A DNA stretch of 64,000 nt from contig JAFGCJ010000002.1 of the NCBI GenBank assembly GCA_016932785.1, forward strand, positions 529,777 through 593,776, written 5' to 3'. Numbering within the stretch: the first letter of the stretch is position 1; every line of letters starts with the position of its first letter. This stretch comes from Candidatus Dojkabacteria bacterium (GTDB taxonomy: Bacteria > Patescibacteriota > Dojkabacteria > SC72 > JAFGCJ01). Under the pieces are notes generated by a model that saw only the letters and a list, made by a program, of their open reading frames with translations, was not told the DNA's origin and did no database searches. Shown in pieces: positions 1 through 8,557 of this stretch. A program made the translations under genes and the position numbers.

Positions 1-97
1 CGCAATACTGCGACTCATATTCAAAAAGCTTGGAGTTTAGGGACAGAATATCTTCCAGATTCCCTCTTCCTGCCTTTTCTACGGTTAGTCCCTCCAT
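1..97 (-). CDS. N-terminal fragment of a CDS running off the left edge (GNAT-like N-terminus, uncertain)
   Basis: The reverse strand reads ATG (97) GAG GGA CTA ACC ..., giving MEGLTVEKAGRGNLEDILSLNSKLFEYESQYC with no stop before position 1. It starts 17 nt downstream of the stop of the 115..483 gene. With only 32 aa visible, the family call is weak. Confidence 0.3.
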   Translation of the reverse strand, partial: MEGLTVEKAGRGNLEDILSLNSKLFEYESQYC

Positions 98-114
98 ATA
101 ATTATTACTAAATA

Positions 115-483
115 TTACTTTTCATACTCGACATTAAGTCTTAACCAAGCCCTATCATAATCATCATCATCTGTAGAAATACCTTCAAAGTAAAACTCGT
201 TGTCCCCCTCCTCAAGATCATAATATAGACTTGTCCGACTACAGATTCTCTCCATATCCCTAGGAGACATTCTTCTGCCATTTAATCTCATTTCATCTAC
301 ATTACGGCAATCCAGCTGTATACGAATTTCGTCATCATCCGTTGTATAGTTTCGGCTCGTAGGACGAACCAGATCCAGCCTTGGAGCATCACCACTGGAA
401 GTGCAGCCAGAAAGAAAAAAAGAAGATACAAGAATAATTAAGAAAACTAATAAAAAAACGTTTCCAGTCAATGTTTTTTTCAT
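115..483 (-). CDS. small secreted lipoprotein, function unknown
   Basis: 122-aa ORF. It has an N-terminal signal peptide ending in a lipobox-like FLSGC, and an acidic C-terminal part (TDDDEIR, STDDDDYD). Confidence 0.6.
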   Translation of the reverse strand: MKKTLTGNVFLLVFLIILVSSFFLSGCTSSGDAPRLDLVRPTSRNYTTDDDEIRIQLDCRNVDEMRLNGRRMSPRDMERICSRTSLYYDLEEGDNEFYFEGISTDDDDYDRAWLRLNVEYEK

Positions 484-522
484 TATTTCGCATATATCAA
501 TAATTTATTATTGTGCAATAAA

Positions 523-614
523 TGGCGGAGGGGGTGGGATTCGAACCCACGGTACCACTTGCGCGGTACAACGGTTTTCAAGACCGTCTCATTCGGCCAC
601 TCTGACACCCCTCC
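523..614 (-). tRNA. tRNA-Ser (anticodon UGA), CCA encoded
   Basis: The reverse complement reads GGAGGGGTGTCAGAGTGGCCGAATGAGACGGTCTTGAAAACCGTTGTACCGCGCAAGTGGTACCGTGGGTTCGAATCCCACCCCCTCCGCCA. The acceptor stem is GGAGGGG/CCCCTCC, the anticodon loop is CTTGAAA (TGA), there is a long variable arm, and the T-loop is GGTTCGAATCC. Confidence 0.9.
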
Positions 615-663
615 CGAAATATGTACAAAACAATTTTATCATACCAATAGGATATCCCCTAGT

Positions 664-796
664 TGGGGGTCTGACCCCCAACAGGTCTGTCCCCACCGCC
701 AATCCCTGTATTCCGCGCTTTTAACAAAAAATTCATTAAAAAACACACCCAAAACGGTATAAACCGGGGTCAGACCTAATCCGGGTCAGACCCCCA
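664..796. repeat. 31-nt imperfect inverted repeat pair built from GGTC(A/T)GACC palindromes, 71-nt spacer
   Basis: 664-694 reads tgggggtctgacccccaacaggtctgtcccc and 766-796 reads ggggtcagacctaatccgggtcagaccccca. The reverse complement of the first matches the second at 26 of 31 positions. The core motif occurs four times (668, 684, 768, 784), 16 nt apart within each arm. Confidence 0.6.
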
Positions 797-804
797 AACC
801 AACC

Positions 805-833
805 AAATAAAAAGTGGGCGGAAACCGCCCACT
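805..833 (-). terminator. Rho-independent terminator downstream of the 857..1198 gene
   Basis: GC-rich hairpin gtgggcgg (814-821), loop aaa, ccgcccac (825-832). On the minus strand it is followed by TTTTT (813-809). Confidence 0.7.
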
Positions 834-856
834 CTCTCATCCAAAACCTTTGAACA

Positions 857-1198
857 TTACTTAACCATATTGCCTAAAACAGGAAGCACAACCTTTTCTC
901 CATTGTAGGCTTTAATACCGACAATGATTCTTCCAACAGTAAGACCTAGGTTCGCTATTCCGACAAGACATCCTATGAGCCATCCAATTATTGGGATAGG
1001 TGTAACAATCATCCCAAGTGAGAGAATGATCTGAAGGATACCATAGTATAATGACTCTTTCGCATTAAACTGGATAAATTCATCACTCTTTGTATCCTCA
1101 AGCAACATGAAAATAAGGCTTGATAAAGGTGTAAATAGCCAGCACAAAAGAGCAGCTACCTTTGGATCCATGCCACCTGAACTCGTTTTTTCTGCCAT
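857..1198 (-). CDS. small integral membrane protein (DUF4870-like, tentative)
   Basis: 113 aa with three or four hydrophobic helices. The N-terminal pattern KVAALLCWLFTPLSSLIFMLLEDTKSDEFIQFNAKESL recalls the DUF4870-type family. The terminator at 805-833 follows. Confidence 0.55.
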   Translation of the reverse strand: MAEKTSSGGMDPKVAALLCWLFTPLSSLIFMLLEDTKSDEFIQFNAKESLYYGILQIILSLGMIVTPIPIIGWLIGCLVGIANLGLTVGRIIVGIKAYNGEKVVLPVLGNMVK

Positions 1199-1342
1199 TG
1201 TAAATTAGATATAAAAAATTAAGATATTTCCTGATTCTCAGGATTTAATAGACTGTAACAAGTATATTCATTAAGGCCCTATATGTCAATTTTGGTTCCC
1301 AAGAAATGTCGCCAAAAAAAACAAGCCCATAGCCCTTATCAA

Positions 1343-1723
1343 TCAGGATTTCCAGAGACCATGTATATTACAATATTCCCTTGCATTCATTTCCTCTCCA
1401 TCAACCTCAAAAACTGCCTCAGGTTTATCACCCGGACTCAAAAACTGTCTATAAACTCTTCCGTCAACGAGCAATTCTATAAACTCAATGTAATGCTCCT
1501 CCTCCATAGGATGCTCCACTGAGCTGACTTTCACTCTGACCTTGCCATTTTCACGTTCAACAACAGGAACATGTTTTTCCAAACCTTCATCCTTCTCTTT
1601 TGGATCTAAAAGCTCCATTTCCTGTCCGCAGCAAACAAGCGCTCCTGCACCGGAATGGAGCACTTCCACAATATTTCCGCAGATAGGACATCTATAAATT
1701 TGACTTACTGCTGTCATTTTCAC
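1343..1723 (-). CDS. dfx: desulfoferrodoxin (2Fe superoxide reductase)
   Basis: 126 aa. The N-terminal desulforedoxin-type site is [12 protein letters not shown]...LVCCGQEM. The C-terminal SOR domain shows [23 protein letters not shown] and [11 protein letters not shown]. Confidence 0.9.
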   Translation of the reverse strand: MKMTAVSQIYRCPICGNIVEVLHSGAGALVCCGQEMELLDPKEKDEGLEKHVPVVERENGKVRVKVSSVEHPMEEEHYIEFIELLVDGRVYRQFLSPGDKPEAVFEVDGEEMNAREYCNIHGLWKS

Positions 1724-1822
1724 AAGGAATAAATTTAGCTTAGTAGGTATTGTATCAAATTCGATAAAGTTGGACCCAGAAGATTAGGGCATTAAATAAT
1801 ACACCCGCAGGGAAGGGGCTTC

Positions 1823-2176
1823 TTAAAAGATCATATCGGGAACAAACGAAACCAGAAATGCCGCAAGACCAATAATGAGTGCTTCAATTAATAGGGAAAG
1901 CGCACCTCTTCCTTCTCTCTTCTTCAATGTAAAAGAGTCTCCAATCATTGAAAAAATAGCCCTGACAAAATCTACAACGGCAATAATAAGTAGAATGACG
2001 ATAAAAACATTGAATATTCTCCTACCCAGTTCTACGGCATCATCCAAATCTGCAAAAACATTCACTTTTTCCCAGTTAATAACAGTTTCAGGACTAAAAA
2101 GATCAGGAATTACGGACTTTGCAGCCTTCACTATGAGGCAGGAACCTACAGCATTCAGCATTGACTTAACAATCAC
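1823..2176 (-). CDS. hypothetical membrane protein
   Basis: 117-aa ORF with two or three hydrophobic segments (IFNVFIVILLIIAVVDFV, LLIEALIIGLAAFLVSFV). No recognisable motif. Confidence 0.45.
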   Translation of the reverse strand: MIVKSMLNAVGSCLIVKAAKSVIPDLFSPETVINWEKVNVFADLDDAVELGRRIFNVFIVILLIIAVVDFVRAIFSMIGDSFTLKKREGRGALSLLIEALIIGLAAFLVSFVPDMIF

Positions 2177-2207
2177 AATTTACAACCACCCTCATATTAC
2201 CATGTGC

Positions 2208-3545
2208 CTATTTCTTACTGAAGAACCTACGAACAAACAACACCCCCTTTTCTATTAAGTCAGATCTAAAATTTTCATTTACCCCATGCATGTTACAATC
2301 CTCATTTCCCAAACCAACAGAAATTGCATCAAGACCAAGCACTCTTTTGAAATCATCAACAATCGGAAGTGAACCGCCACAATACTTGAAGATAACCTTC
2401 TTAGAATACACTTCCTCCAATATTTCCGTAACGTCTTTTACTCTTTGATTATCAACGTCTACCTTAACAGGGTTGCACACGCTACCAAAAGTAAATTCCC
2501 AATCAATATAATCCGGTGTATTCTTCTCGACAAATTTCTCAATACTTTCTGCCAATTTCTTAGGATCCTGAGATTCCACCATCCTAACATTGCATCTTAC
2601 CTCGGCGTTGCTGGGAATAATATTGCTGTATCCTTCTCCGGTATACCCCGAGTTAATACCTGTTACAGTAAGCATGGGTTGAAGACCTATCTTCACATAG
2701 TATTCTTCCCCATTCTCCGCAAAGATCTTTTTAACACCTGTCATTTTCTTAATCTCATCAGGATCAAAGTCAGTATTTCCAATTTTTTCAAGTTCATCTT
2801 CTGTTACCTCCTCTACTCCATCGTAAAACCCTGACACTTGAACTCTGCCATTTTCATCATGGAATTTCGAAACAAGTCTGCAGATCTCGTTGGCTGAATT
2901 AGCAATTGCACCTCCATAGATCCCTGAGTGTAGATTAGTTTTTGCAGTTTTATACTTCACGGTAAAACTCATATTTCCCCTGCATCCAGCATCTATGACA
3001 GGTCTATCAGCAGTCATCTCGCCATCAGAAAAAAGGATCACATCCGATTCCAACTCATGTTTCTTATCCTCGAGTACTTGTGCAATATTTGGACTTCCTA
3101 TTTCCTCACCACCTTCAATCATGAACTTCACGTTATACCCTAATTTACCGGAAGCGACTAAACCAATAATCGTATGAATATAGATCAGAACCTGCCCCTT
3201 ATTATCAACCGAACCCCTACCCCAAAGTCTTCCGTCTTTTTCCACAAGCTGAAACGGATCCGTGTCCCATCCGTCCTCCTTGGCAGCAGGCATAACATCA
3301 TAGTGGCCATACACGAGAACTGTCTCAAGACCTTCGTCTTCAATATGGTTGGCAAAAACTATTGGGTTTCCTTTTTCCATTTCCCAAACTTCAACATCAA
3401 ATCCCCCATCAGTAAATAAGGTTTTCAGCCAATCCGCAGCACGATGAATTTCACCCTTAAAGTTCGGATCCGGAGAAACACTTTTTATACCAACAAAATC
3501 CTCAAGCAACTGCTTATAATCCTTCATTGAACATAGCGCCAACAT
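2208..3545 (-). CDS. M20-family metallopeptidase (dipeptidase / ArgE-DapE-CPG2 type)
   Basis: 445 aa with LVYGHYDVMPA, WDTDPF, GRLWGRGSVDNKGQ and MIEGGEEIGS, which are typical M20 metal-binding and catalytic motifs. The true start may be the internal Met at 3527 (MKDYKQLL). Confidence 0.85.
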   Translation of the reverse strand: MLALCSMKDYKQLLEDFVGIKSVSPDPNFKGEIHRAADWLKTLFTDGGFDVEVWEMEKGNPIVFANHIEDEGLETVLVYGHYDVMPAAKEDGWDTDPFQLVEKDGRLWGRGSVDNKGQVLIYIHTIIGLVASGKLGYNVKFMIEGGEEIGSPNIAQVLEDKKHELESDVILFSDGEMTADRPVIDAGCRGNMSFTVKYKTAKTNLHSGIYGGAIANSANEICRLVSKFHDENGRVQVSGFYDGVEEVTEDELEKIGNTDFDPDEIKKMTGVKKIFAENGEEYYVKIGLQPMLTVTGINSGYTGEGYSNIIPSNAEVRCNVRMVESQDPKKLAESIEKFVEKNTPDYIDWEFTFGSVCNPVKVDVDNQRVKDVTEILEEVYSKKVIFKYCGGSLPIVDDFKRVLGLDAISVGLGNEDCNMHGVNENFRSDLIEKGVLFVRRFFSKK

Positions 3546-3595
3546 TATTTACGAAACGCTACATTCTACACCAGAAAGCAGCTTAATGAAAATGA

Positions 3596-5629
3596 TTATT
3601 CCACTTCCCAATCCCAGTCATACTCGTAATCATAATTATCAAAATCCACTATATTGTAGAAATTTGATACATCGCACACATCAAAGTTAAACTCCGACTC
3701 ATCACATGCAATGGGCATATTTGACGATCTTGCAATTTTCCATTTCCCATCTTGGAAATACAACTCCAGAGTATCCGACTTCGTAACTTTTCCATATGCC
3801 CCTCCAGAAACAAAAGTATACTCCACATCCATTCCGACCGTGGCATATTCATTGCGATAATTGAGACTCCAAGAATCACAGTCTGGGAAAGTATAATAAT
3901 GAATATCATATGAGGTGACCTGCAAATCATAATCATCAGCAAACTTCGTAACATCGGTCTCAACCGCATTCATTGTCCAATACTCTTCAATTGCTTTATC
4001 AAAATCTCCCTCCATTACAACATTTGCATAATCTTCAATAAAATTCTCCACCTCATTTTGAAGACCCTCACACCAGTCTTCATCACCAAGCTCATCTTCA
4101 AGAATTTCAATATTGTACTCACGCCAGAAATTATATGACTGCCAATACTTCCTATCCTTTTTCATAAATTCATACCGCTCCTGCAGTTCGTACATTATTA
4201 CACTTTTCATTTGGTCAGATGACTTATCAGCAAGATCAACAATTACCGGCACTGCCTCATCAGACAGTGTAAGCATATACGTCAAATCTATCTTACCCTC
4301 ATCTTCATATCTTTCCAGATTTAACCTTGCAACTATATAATCCCCAGGAACAATAACCAAAACACAATACGTAATAAACAGTAAAATCGAAGATGTAACA
4401 CTTACAAACCTCTGTGCATTCTTAAACATTGGAGACACAAGAAGGAAAAGATACTGCAATCCAATACACCAAGTGACAAAGTGCACAAACAATCTCAGAG
4501 TAGTAAATCCATAGACCTCTTCATAAAGCGATAGTCTAGTGTGAGAAGAATATGTTATCACTAAAACACAGGCCGCGAGAACAATATAGTTAGCATAATA
4601 AAAAGCTTTCTGTACTACTCCCTCCACCTTCACCTTAAATGTAAGGACCAGAAGAATAAAATACGTAAGAACTGACACCGTCAGAAGTTCCCAGAAACCC
4701 TTTCGGGCGTACTCAGCATAAGTGAAATTTGCCTTATCACCTATTACATTATCAGAACCCCCAAAAAGATAGACAAACTGAATCACTACAAAAATTACAA
4801 AAAGGATATTCAAGGTAAATGTGAAACTTGATGAGATTATCGCGTCCCAGTTTTTCTTAAGATTCATCCCCTCTCTCTGGTTATCACTCATCCACTTACT
4901 TACAACGGACTTTCCATTCCAAAGGGAAAAATTAAAAACAGAGTAGTAAACAGTAACAAGCCCTCCTACTATTATTCTTCCTACCAACGACATGAAGCTA
5001 GAGAAATCCTTAAACCAGCTTCCAATTGTATTATCGATAAAATCCACCACCAAATCACCAAACACCTTATCCGCAGAACTCAAAAGAACTGCAAAAAACA
5101 AGAAGAACGGTAGTGCAATAATAAAACCCAAAATAATCCTTGGTAACCATCTACCAGCCTTGGATTTACTTCCAGGAAAAAGAGATCTAAACGGAAATTT
5201 CTTCAAAAACCCGAAAAAATCCCCGAACCAGGCAATAAATATCTTCAAGGGAAGAACTATATAGCTGAAGATTCCAAAATTTGACATTGTCCCTTTCAGA
5301 ACAACAGCCGCTAGAAAAACAGTCACGACTACAGGCAAAGTTATAAATGCAAAAAACAGGTTATCTGGATCAGCTCTCAGAGCAAAAATTGAACAAAGCA
5401 AAATTATAAGAGGCATTGCAAAAAGCCAGAGCGATGATTTTTTGAAAAGCTTTTTGGGCTCAATAAGGGCTACAGGTACAAATGCCGCAGCAGCTACCAA
5501 CAGAAAGAATATAACATACGAAATTCCTGGCGTTTTCCACGTAAATAAGTAAACAAATGATGCTCCAAGAAAAAGCGACTCTATAAGGGCAATAACAGAA
5601 TAGTTACGGACACGCTGTTCTTTTTCCAT
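3596..5629 (-). CDS. large polytopic membrane protein with acidic/aromatic soluble C-terminal domain (DUF4153/DUF4173-like, tentative)
   Basis: 677 aa. There are about 12 or more hydrophobic helices over the first ~430 aa, then a soluble domain ending DFDNYDYEYDWDWEVE. Confidence 0.6.
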   Translation of the reverse strand: MEKEQRVRNYSVIALIESLFLGASFVYLFTWKTPGISYVIFFLLVAAAAFVPVALIEPKKLFKKSSLWLFAMPLIILLCSIFALRADPDNLFFAFITLPVVVTVFLAAVVLKGTMSNFGIFSYIVLPLKIFIAWFGDFFGFLKKFPFRSLFPGSKSKAGRWLPRIILGFIIALPFFLFFAVLLSSADKVFGDLVVDFIDNTIGSWFKDFSSFMSLVGRIIVGGLVTVYYSVFNFSLWNGKSVVSKWMSDNQREGMNLKKNWDAIISSSFTFTLNILFVIFVVIQFVYLFGGSDNVIGDKANFTYAEYARKGFWELLTVSVLTYFILLVLTFKVKVEGVVQKAFYYANYIVLAACVLVITYSSHTRLSLYEEVYGFTTLRLFVHFVTWCIGLQYLFLLVSPMFKNAQRFVSVTSSILLFITYCVLVIVPGDYIVARLNLERYEDEGKIDLTYMLTLSDEAVPVIVDLADKSSDQMKSVIMYELQERYEFMKKDRKYWQSYNFWREYNIEILEDELGDEDWCEGLQNEVENFIEDYANVVMEGDFDKAIEEYWTMNAVETDVTKFADDYDLQVTSYDIHYYTFPDCDSWSLNYRNEYATVGMDVEYTFVSGGAYGKVTKSDTLELYFQDGKWKIARSSNMPIACDESEFNFDVCDVSNFYNIVDFDNYDYEYDWDWEVE

Positions 5630-5731
5630 TTTCTGGTGATTTAAAATAAATTATCTACCAATTATAACGCGATATTCTTATATATGTAACATCAACCATA
5701 GTCCCTTGTAGTTGCAATGAGTGCCACTATA

Positions 5732-5740
5732 TGCTACAAT
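5732..5740 (+). promoter_or_regulatory. extended -10 promoter (TGcTACAAT) 7 nt upstream of the ATG: leaderless mRNA candidate
   Basis: tgctacaat at 5732-5740, then ctcattc (7 nt), then ATG at 5748. No Shine-Dalgarno sequence fits in between. Confidence 0.4.
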
Positions 5741-5747
5741 CTCATTC

Positions 5748-6524
5748 ATGAAAGAACGTGAGCTACTAGAAAACCTTGACCTGACACCAAACGAAATAGA
5801 TATTTACCTATATCTGTTAAAGACTGGCTCCAGTCCCGGGCCACAGATATATAAAGAACTCTCACTAGATAAATCTTCAACATACCGAGCTCTATCTGAA
5901 CTCGAAAAAAAAGACCTCATCTACTCTCTTGGTGAGACGAGAAACCAACTTTTTCTTGCAAACTCCACTGACAAACTTCTAAAAATGCAAGAAGCAAAAG
6001 AAAAAGAGGTCCTTGGCATTAGAAAAGGTCTAAAGAAATTTATAAAAAACATCGATGAATTCTCAAAGAAAAACTACAAATTCCAGAACATTAAAATTTT
6101 CGAAGGGAAAAACGCGTATTACGCATTCATGGAGGAAAGCCGAAAGGGAAAATATGATGTTTTTAGAAATATCTGCTCTACCCAAAAAATTCACAAATTA
6201 GCTCATACCAAGGAAAGGTACTACAAGTATATGGAGAGTTATGTTCCCGAGAGAGTTAAAAAGGGGATAAAAGTTAAGATTCTTTATGACAAAAATACAA
6301 AACCAGATTTCCTGGATGTCTCCGACGCAGAAAAATTAAAGGAAGCAAGGCAATATAAAGGGAATTTGAGTTTAGGCTGTTTTTTAAACACTTTTGCTAA
6401 CAAAACAGGATTTCTTACTCTAAGAAATGGAGAACCGTGGGCAATAATAATTGAAGATCAACTGATAACCGACCTAATTAACAGCTTGTTTGAGGCGATC
6501 TGGAATATATCTAAAACTATTTAA
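5748..6524 (+). CDS. TrmB-family transcriptional regulator (copy 1)
   Basis: The N-terminal winged helix LDLTPNEIDIYLYLLKTGSSPGPQIYKELSLDKSSTYRALSELEKKDLI is typical of TrmB. It is a paralogue of 16319..17092. The track ORF starts at GTG 5721, but the ATG at 5748 is preferred. Confidence 0.8.
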   Translation: MKERELLENLDLTPNEIDIYLYLLKTGSSPGPQIYKELSLDKSSTYRALSELEKKDLIYSLGETRNQLFLANSTDKLLKMQEAKEKEVLGIRKGLKKFIKNIDEFSKKNYKFQNIKIFEGKNAYYAFMEESRKGKYDVFRNICSTQKIHKLAHTKERYYKYMESYVPERVKKGIKVKILYDKNTKPDFLDVSDAEKLKEARQYKGNLSLGCFLNTFANKTGFLTLRNGEPWAIIIEDQLITDLINSLFEAIWNISKTI

Positions 6525-6615
6525 CAATTTAAATCGTGGATGGGGTAGTTCAAGGTGAGAACGCTCCTTGTGAGGAGAGGTTGGAGGTGCAGAGCCTTCC
6601 CCCATCCCCAATATT

Positions 6616-7638
6616 ATGAACGCAAAAAAATATCTTAAACTGAGACTTACCGACTGTACGAAATACGAACTGAGCAGCGATGAGAAAAAAACTCTCCAAT
6701 ATGAAGGAATAGAAACATATATATTCCGCAAGCTCAAATCTAAAAAATTCCGCAAAACAAAATTGGATAACGATTCTGAAAAACAGATCAAAGAGGCCAT
6801 AGCAACCAACGTATCCAAAAATGAACCAATAAAATTCACCTACCCCTTCGGAGGGTACAAAATATGGAGGGTACCAGACTATCCATGTGCAGGATGGTCT
6901 GAATTCATGACGATTAACTATGTATGCAGCTATGTTGCACCAATCCTGGCCGGCTATGAACCCGGCGTTGAATTCTATTTCTCATCGGACGATGTTGTCA
7001 TAGAACTGATTGACAACTTTCCTCGTAAGGACCTCGATAAGTATGTCGCTTCATTCAAATCACTAATCGCCGAATTTTCCAAATACTTTCCACAAAACAT
7101 GAAAATGGAGCTAAAGCAGGTTGTTCCCGACATATACAAAACAAAAGAAGAATACGAAAAGGAGTTGGAAGAACTCTACAAAGAGTTCAAACTCAGAAAG
7201 TACACAGAGGAGGATTTAATTAAATCCAAAAAGAAATTTATTTTTCATTTTCAGAAAAAAGGCCAAAAAGACTACTCCGGCTTTTCGGAGAAGGAATTGT
7301 CTGAATTATGGAATGACCTGCTATTCTGGAGCGATGCTTACCTCGCACTAGAAAAAAGAAAAGACTTCGTTAGGGGAAATGACAGAATTGTCTTATTCTC
7401 AAACCCCATACCTTTAGCAATAGACATAGGATCAAACCAAGTGTCAAAAGCCAAATTTTGGGCCGGATATGGAGTGCTAGAAAAAGACAATGACAAATTC
7501 TTCGAAAGGATACTTAGCCCGTCGCAGTGGGAAAAGTCGAAGAAGCTGGCACGTACCGAAAATATAAACTTTCTCTCACAGCCAAACTTCAAATCAGTAC
7601 ACGTTTTTGAAAAAAGACTGGATTTTCTTAAAAACTAG
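6616..7638 (+). CDS. hypothetical protein (340 aa), no recognisable family
   Basis: A long ORF with window-typical Lys/Glu-rich composition. Conserved-looking blocks are FTYPFGGYKIWRVPDYPCAGWSEFMT and FWAGYGVLEKDN. Confidence 0.6.
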   Translation: MNAKKYLKLRLTDCTKYELSSDEKKTLQYEGIETYIFRKLKSKKFRKTKLDNDSEKQIKEAIATNVSKNEPIKFTYPFGGYKIWRVPDYPCAGWSEFMTINYVCSYVAPILAGYEPGVEFYFSSDDVVIELIDNFPRKDLDKYVASFKSLIAEFSKYFPQNMKMELKQVVPDIYKTKEEYEKELEELYKEFKLRKYTEEDLIKSKKKFIFHFQKKGQKDYSGFSEKELSELWNDLLFWSDAYLALEKRKDFVRGNDRIVLFSNPIPLAIDIGSNQVSKAKFWAGYGVLEKDNDKFFERILSPSQWEKSKKLARTENINFLSQPNFKSVHVFEKRLDFLKN

Positions 7639-8174
7639 TAAATAAAAGGCACAAATTTCCATCTAACCTCTTCCATATATTCTTTATATTCCTTAGGAAA
7701 TCTTTCAAGAAGAAATTTCTCCTCACTCCTGGCAACAATGACCCACAGTGCAAGAAGAAGTACCGCACTTATAAAAGGCAGGTAACTCTGAGAGCTAAAT
7801 GCCATACCAAATTGCATCAAAATTGTCCCCAGATAGCCAGGATGACGAATCTTTCCATAAATACCAACGATAATGAGCTTCTCTACCTCATCGGCACGTA
7901 TAGTATTCATAATTTCAAGATCAGATTTTTCATGTGCTCTTTGATATAGAAAAGAAACAATGAACCCCACAACAATAAATGCTATCCCAATATACCAGGA
8001 ATACTCAGCGTATGGGACAACCCAGATTTCAAAATAATGAGAAAGAATACTAATTACAAACTGAAGAATAAACCCCACTGTTGTAATTAAATCAGGATTT
8101 GAAATAATTCTGTGTGCTTTTGGAGCACTGCTCTTTTGAGGTTCTTGGGTAGTTTTTTTCTCACTTTTAGCCAT
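7635..8174 (-). CDS. isoprenylcysteine carboxyl / phospholipid methyltransferase-family membrane protein
   Basis: 179 aa with four or five TM helices and the ICMT/PEMT signature IRHPGYLGTILMQFG followed by EEKFLLERFPKEYKEY. Confidence 0.75.
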   Translation of the reverse strand: MAKSEKKTTQEPQKSSAPKAHRIISNPDLITTVGFILQFVISILSHYFEIWVVPYAEYSWYIGIAFIVVGFIVSFLYQRAHEKSDLEIMNTIRADEVEKLIIVGIYGKIRHPGYLGTILMQFGMAFSSQSYLPFISAVLLLALWVIVARSEEKFLLERFPKEYKEYMEEVRWKFVPFIY

Positions 8175-8402
8175 ATAAATAAGTCTTATGAATTTATGAA
8201 GTATTGTTTCTGTAATCCTATTATAATACTAACAATGGTAGAAGCCATATGCAATACCGAACTAGGTCCTTTCCGCACCACATCTAACACACTTTTGCCT
8301 ATGCACACAAATGAGATCTCCGCACTCCGGACACTCCCACCTCTCTTTCTCATCTCTAACAAATTGTCTTATTCCACTGTTCTCAATATTTTCAAGGTTC
8401 TC

Positions 8403-8489
8403 CGGAGAGAGCGGGATTCGAACCCGCGGTACCGGTAAAGGTACACTCGCTCTCCAAGCGAGCGCTTTCGGCCACTCAGCCATCTCTCC
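8403..8489 (-). tRNA. tRNA-Ser (anticodon GGA), CCA not encoded
   Basis: The reverse complement reads GGAGAGATGGCTGAGTGGCCGAAAGCGCTCGCTTGGAGAGCGAGTGTACCTTTACCGGTACCGCGGGTTCGAATCCCGCTCTCTCCG. The acceptor stem is GGAGAGA/TCTCTCC, the anticodon loop is TTGGAGA (GGA), and there is a long variable arm. Confidence 0.88.
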
Positions 8490-8557
8490 AAAAAGATCTG
8501 AACGATTATAATTTCACAAATTAGGAATTTTCAAGTCCGCATGTTCTCACAATCACA

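Noticed and set aside
401-762. Track ORFs 401..724 and 511..762 (+), 107 and 83 aa
   Set aside because: They run straight through the minus-strand tRNA-Ser(UGA) gene and the GC-rich repeat spacer. Their translations are Gly/Pro/Arg-rich, as expected from reading a tRNA gene. No start context.
1199-1342. Possible terminator after dfx (T8 tract on the minus strand near 1313-1320)
   Set aside because: The sequence preceding the T-tract (aagggctatgggctt) does not form a convincing stem, so it is not reported as a terminator.
8262-8483. 73-aa minus-strand ORF whose C-terminal part is a neat zinc-ribbon (WECPECGDLICVHRQKCVRCG)
   Set aside because: Its first 27 codons are the tRNA-Ser(GGA) gene itself. 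Downstream of the tRNA 3' end (8403) there is no in-frame ATG, GTG or TTG; only ATT/ATA codons occur. It could be a decayed gene or use a rare start. It is worth a look with Ribo-seq or homologue searches, but I cannot support it as a CDS.
8112-8511. Plus-strand ORFs 8112..8438 and 8311..8511
   Set aside because: They are antisense to the tRNA-Ser(GGA) gene and the ICMT gene start region. Composition is low-complexity and there is no RBS or promoter.
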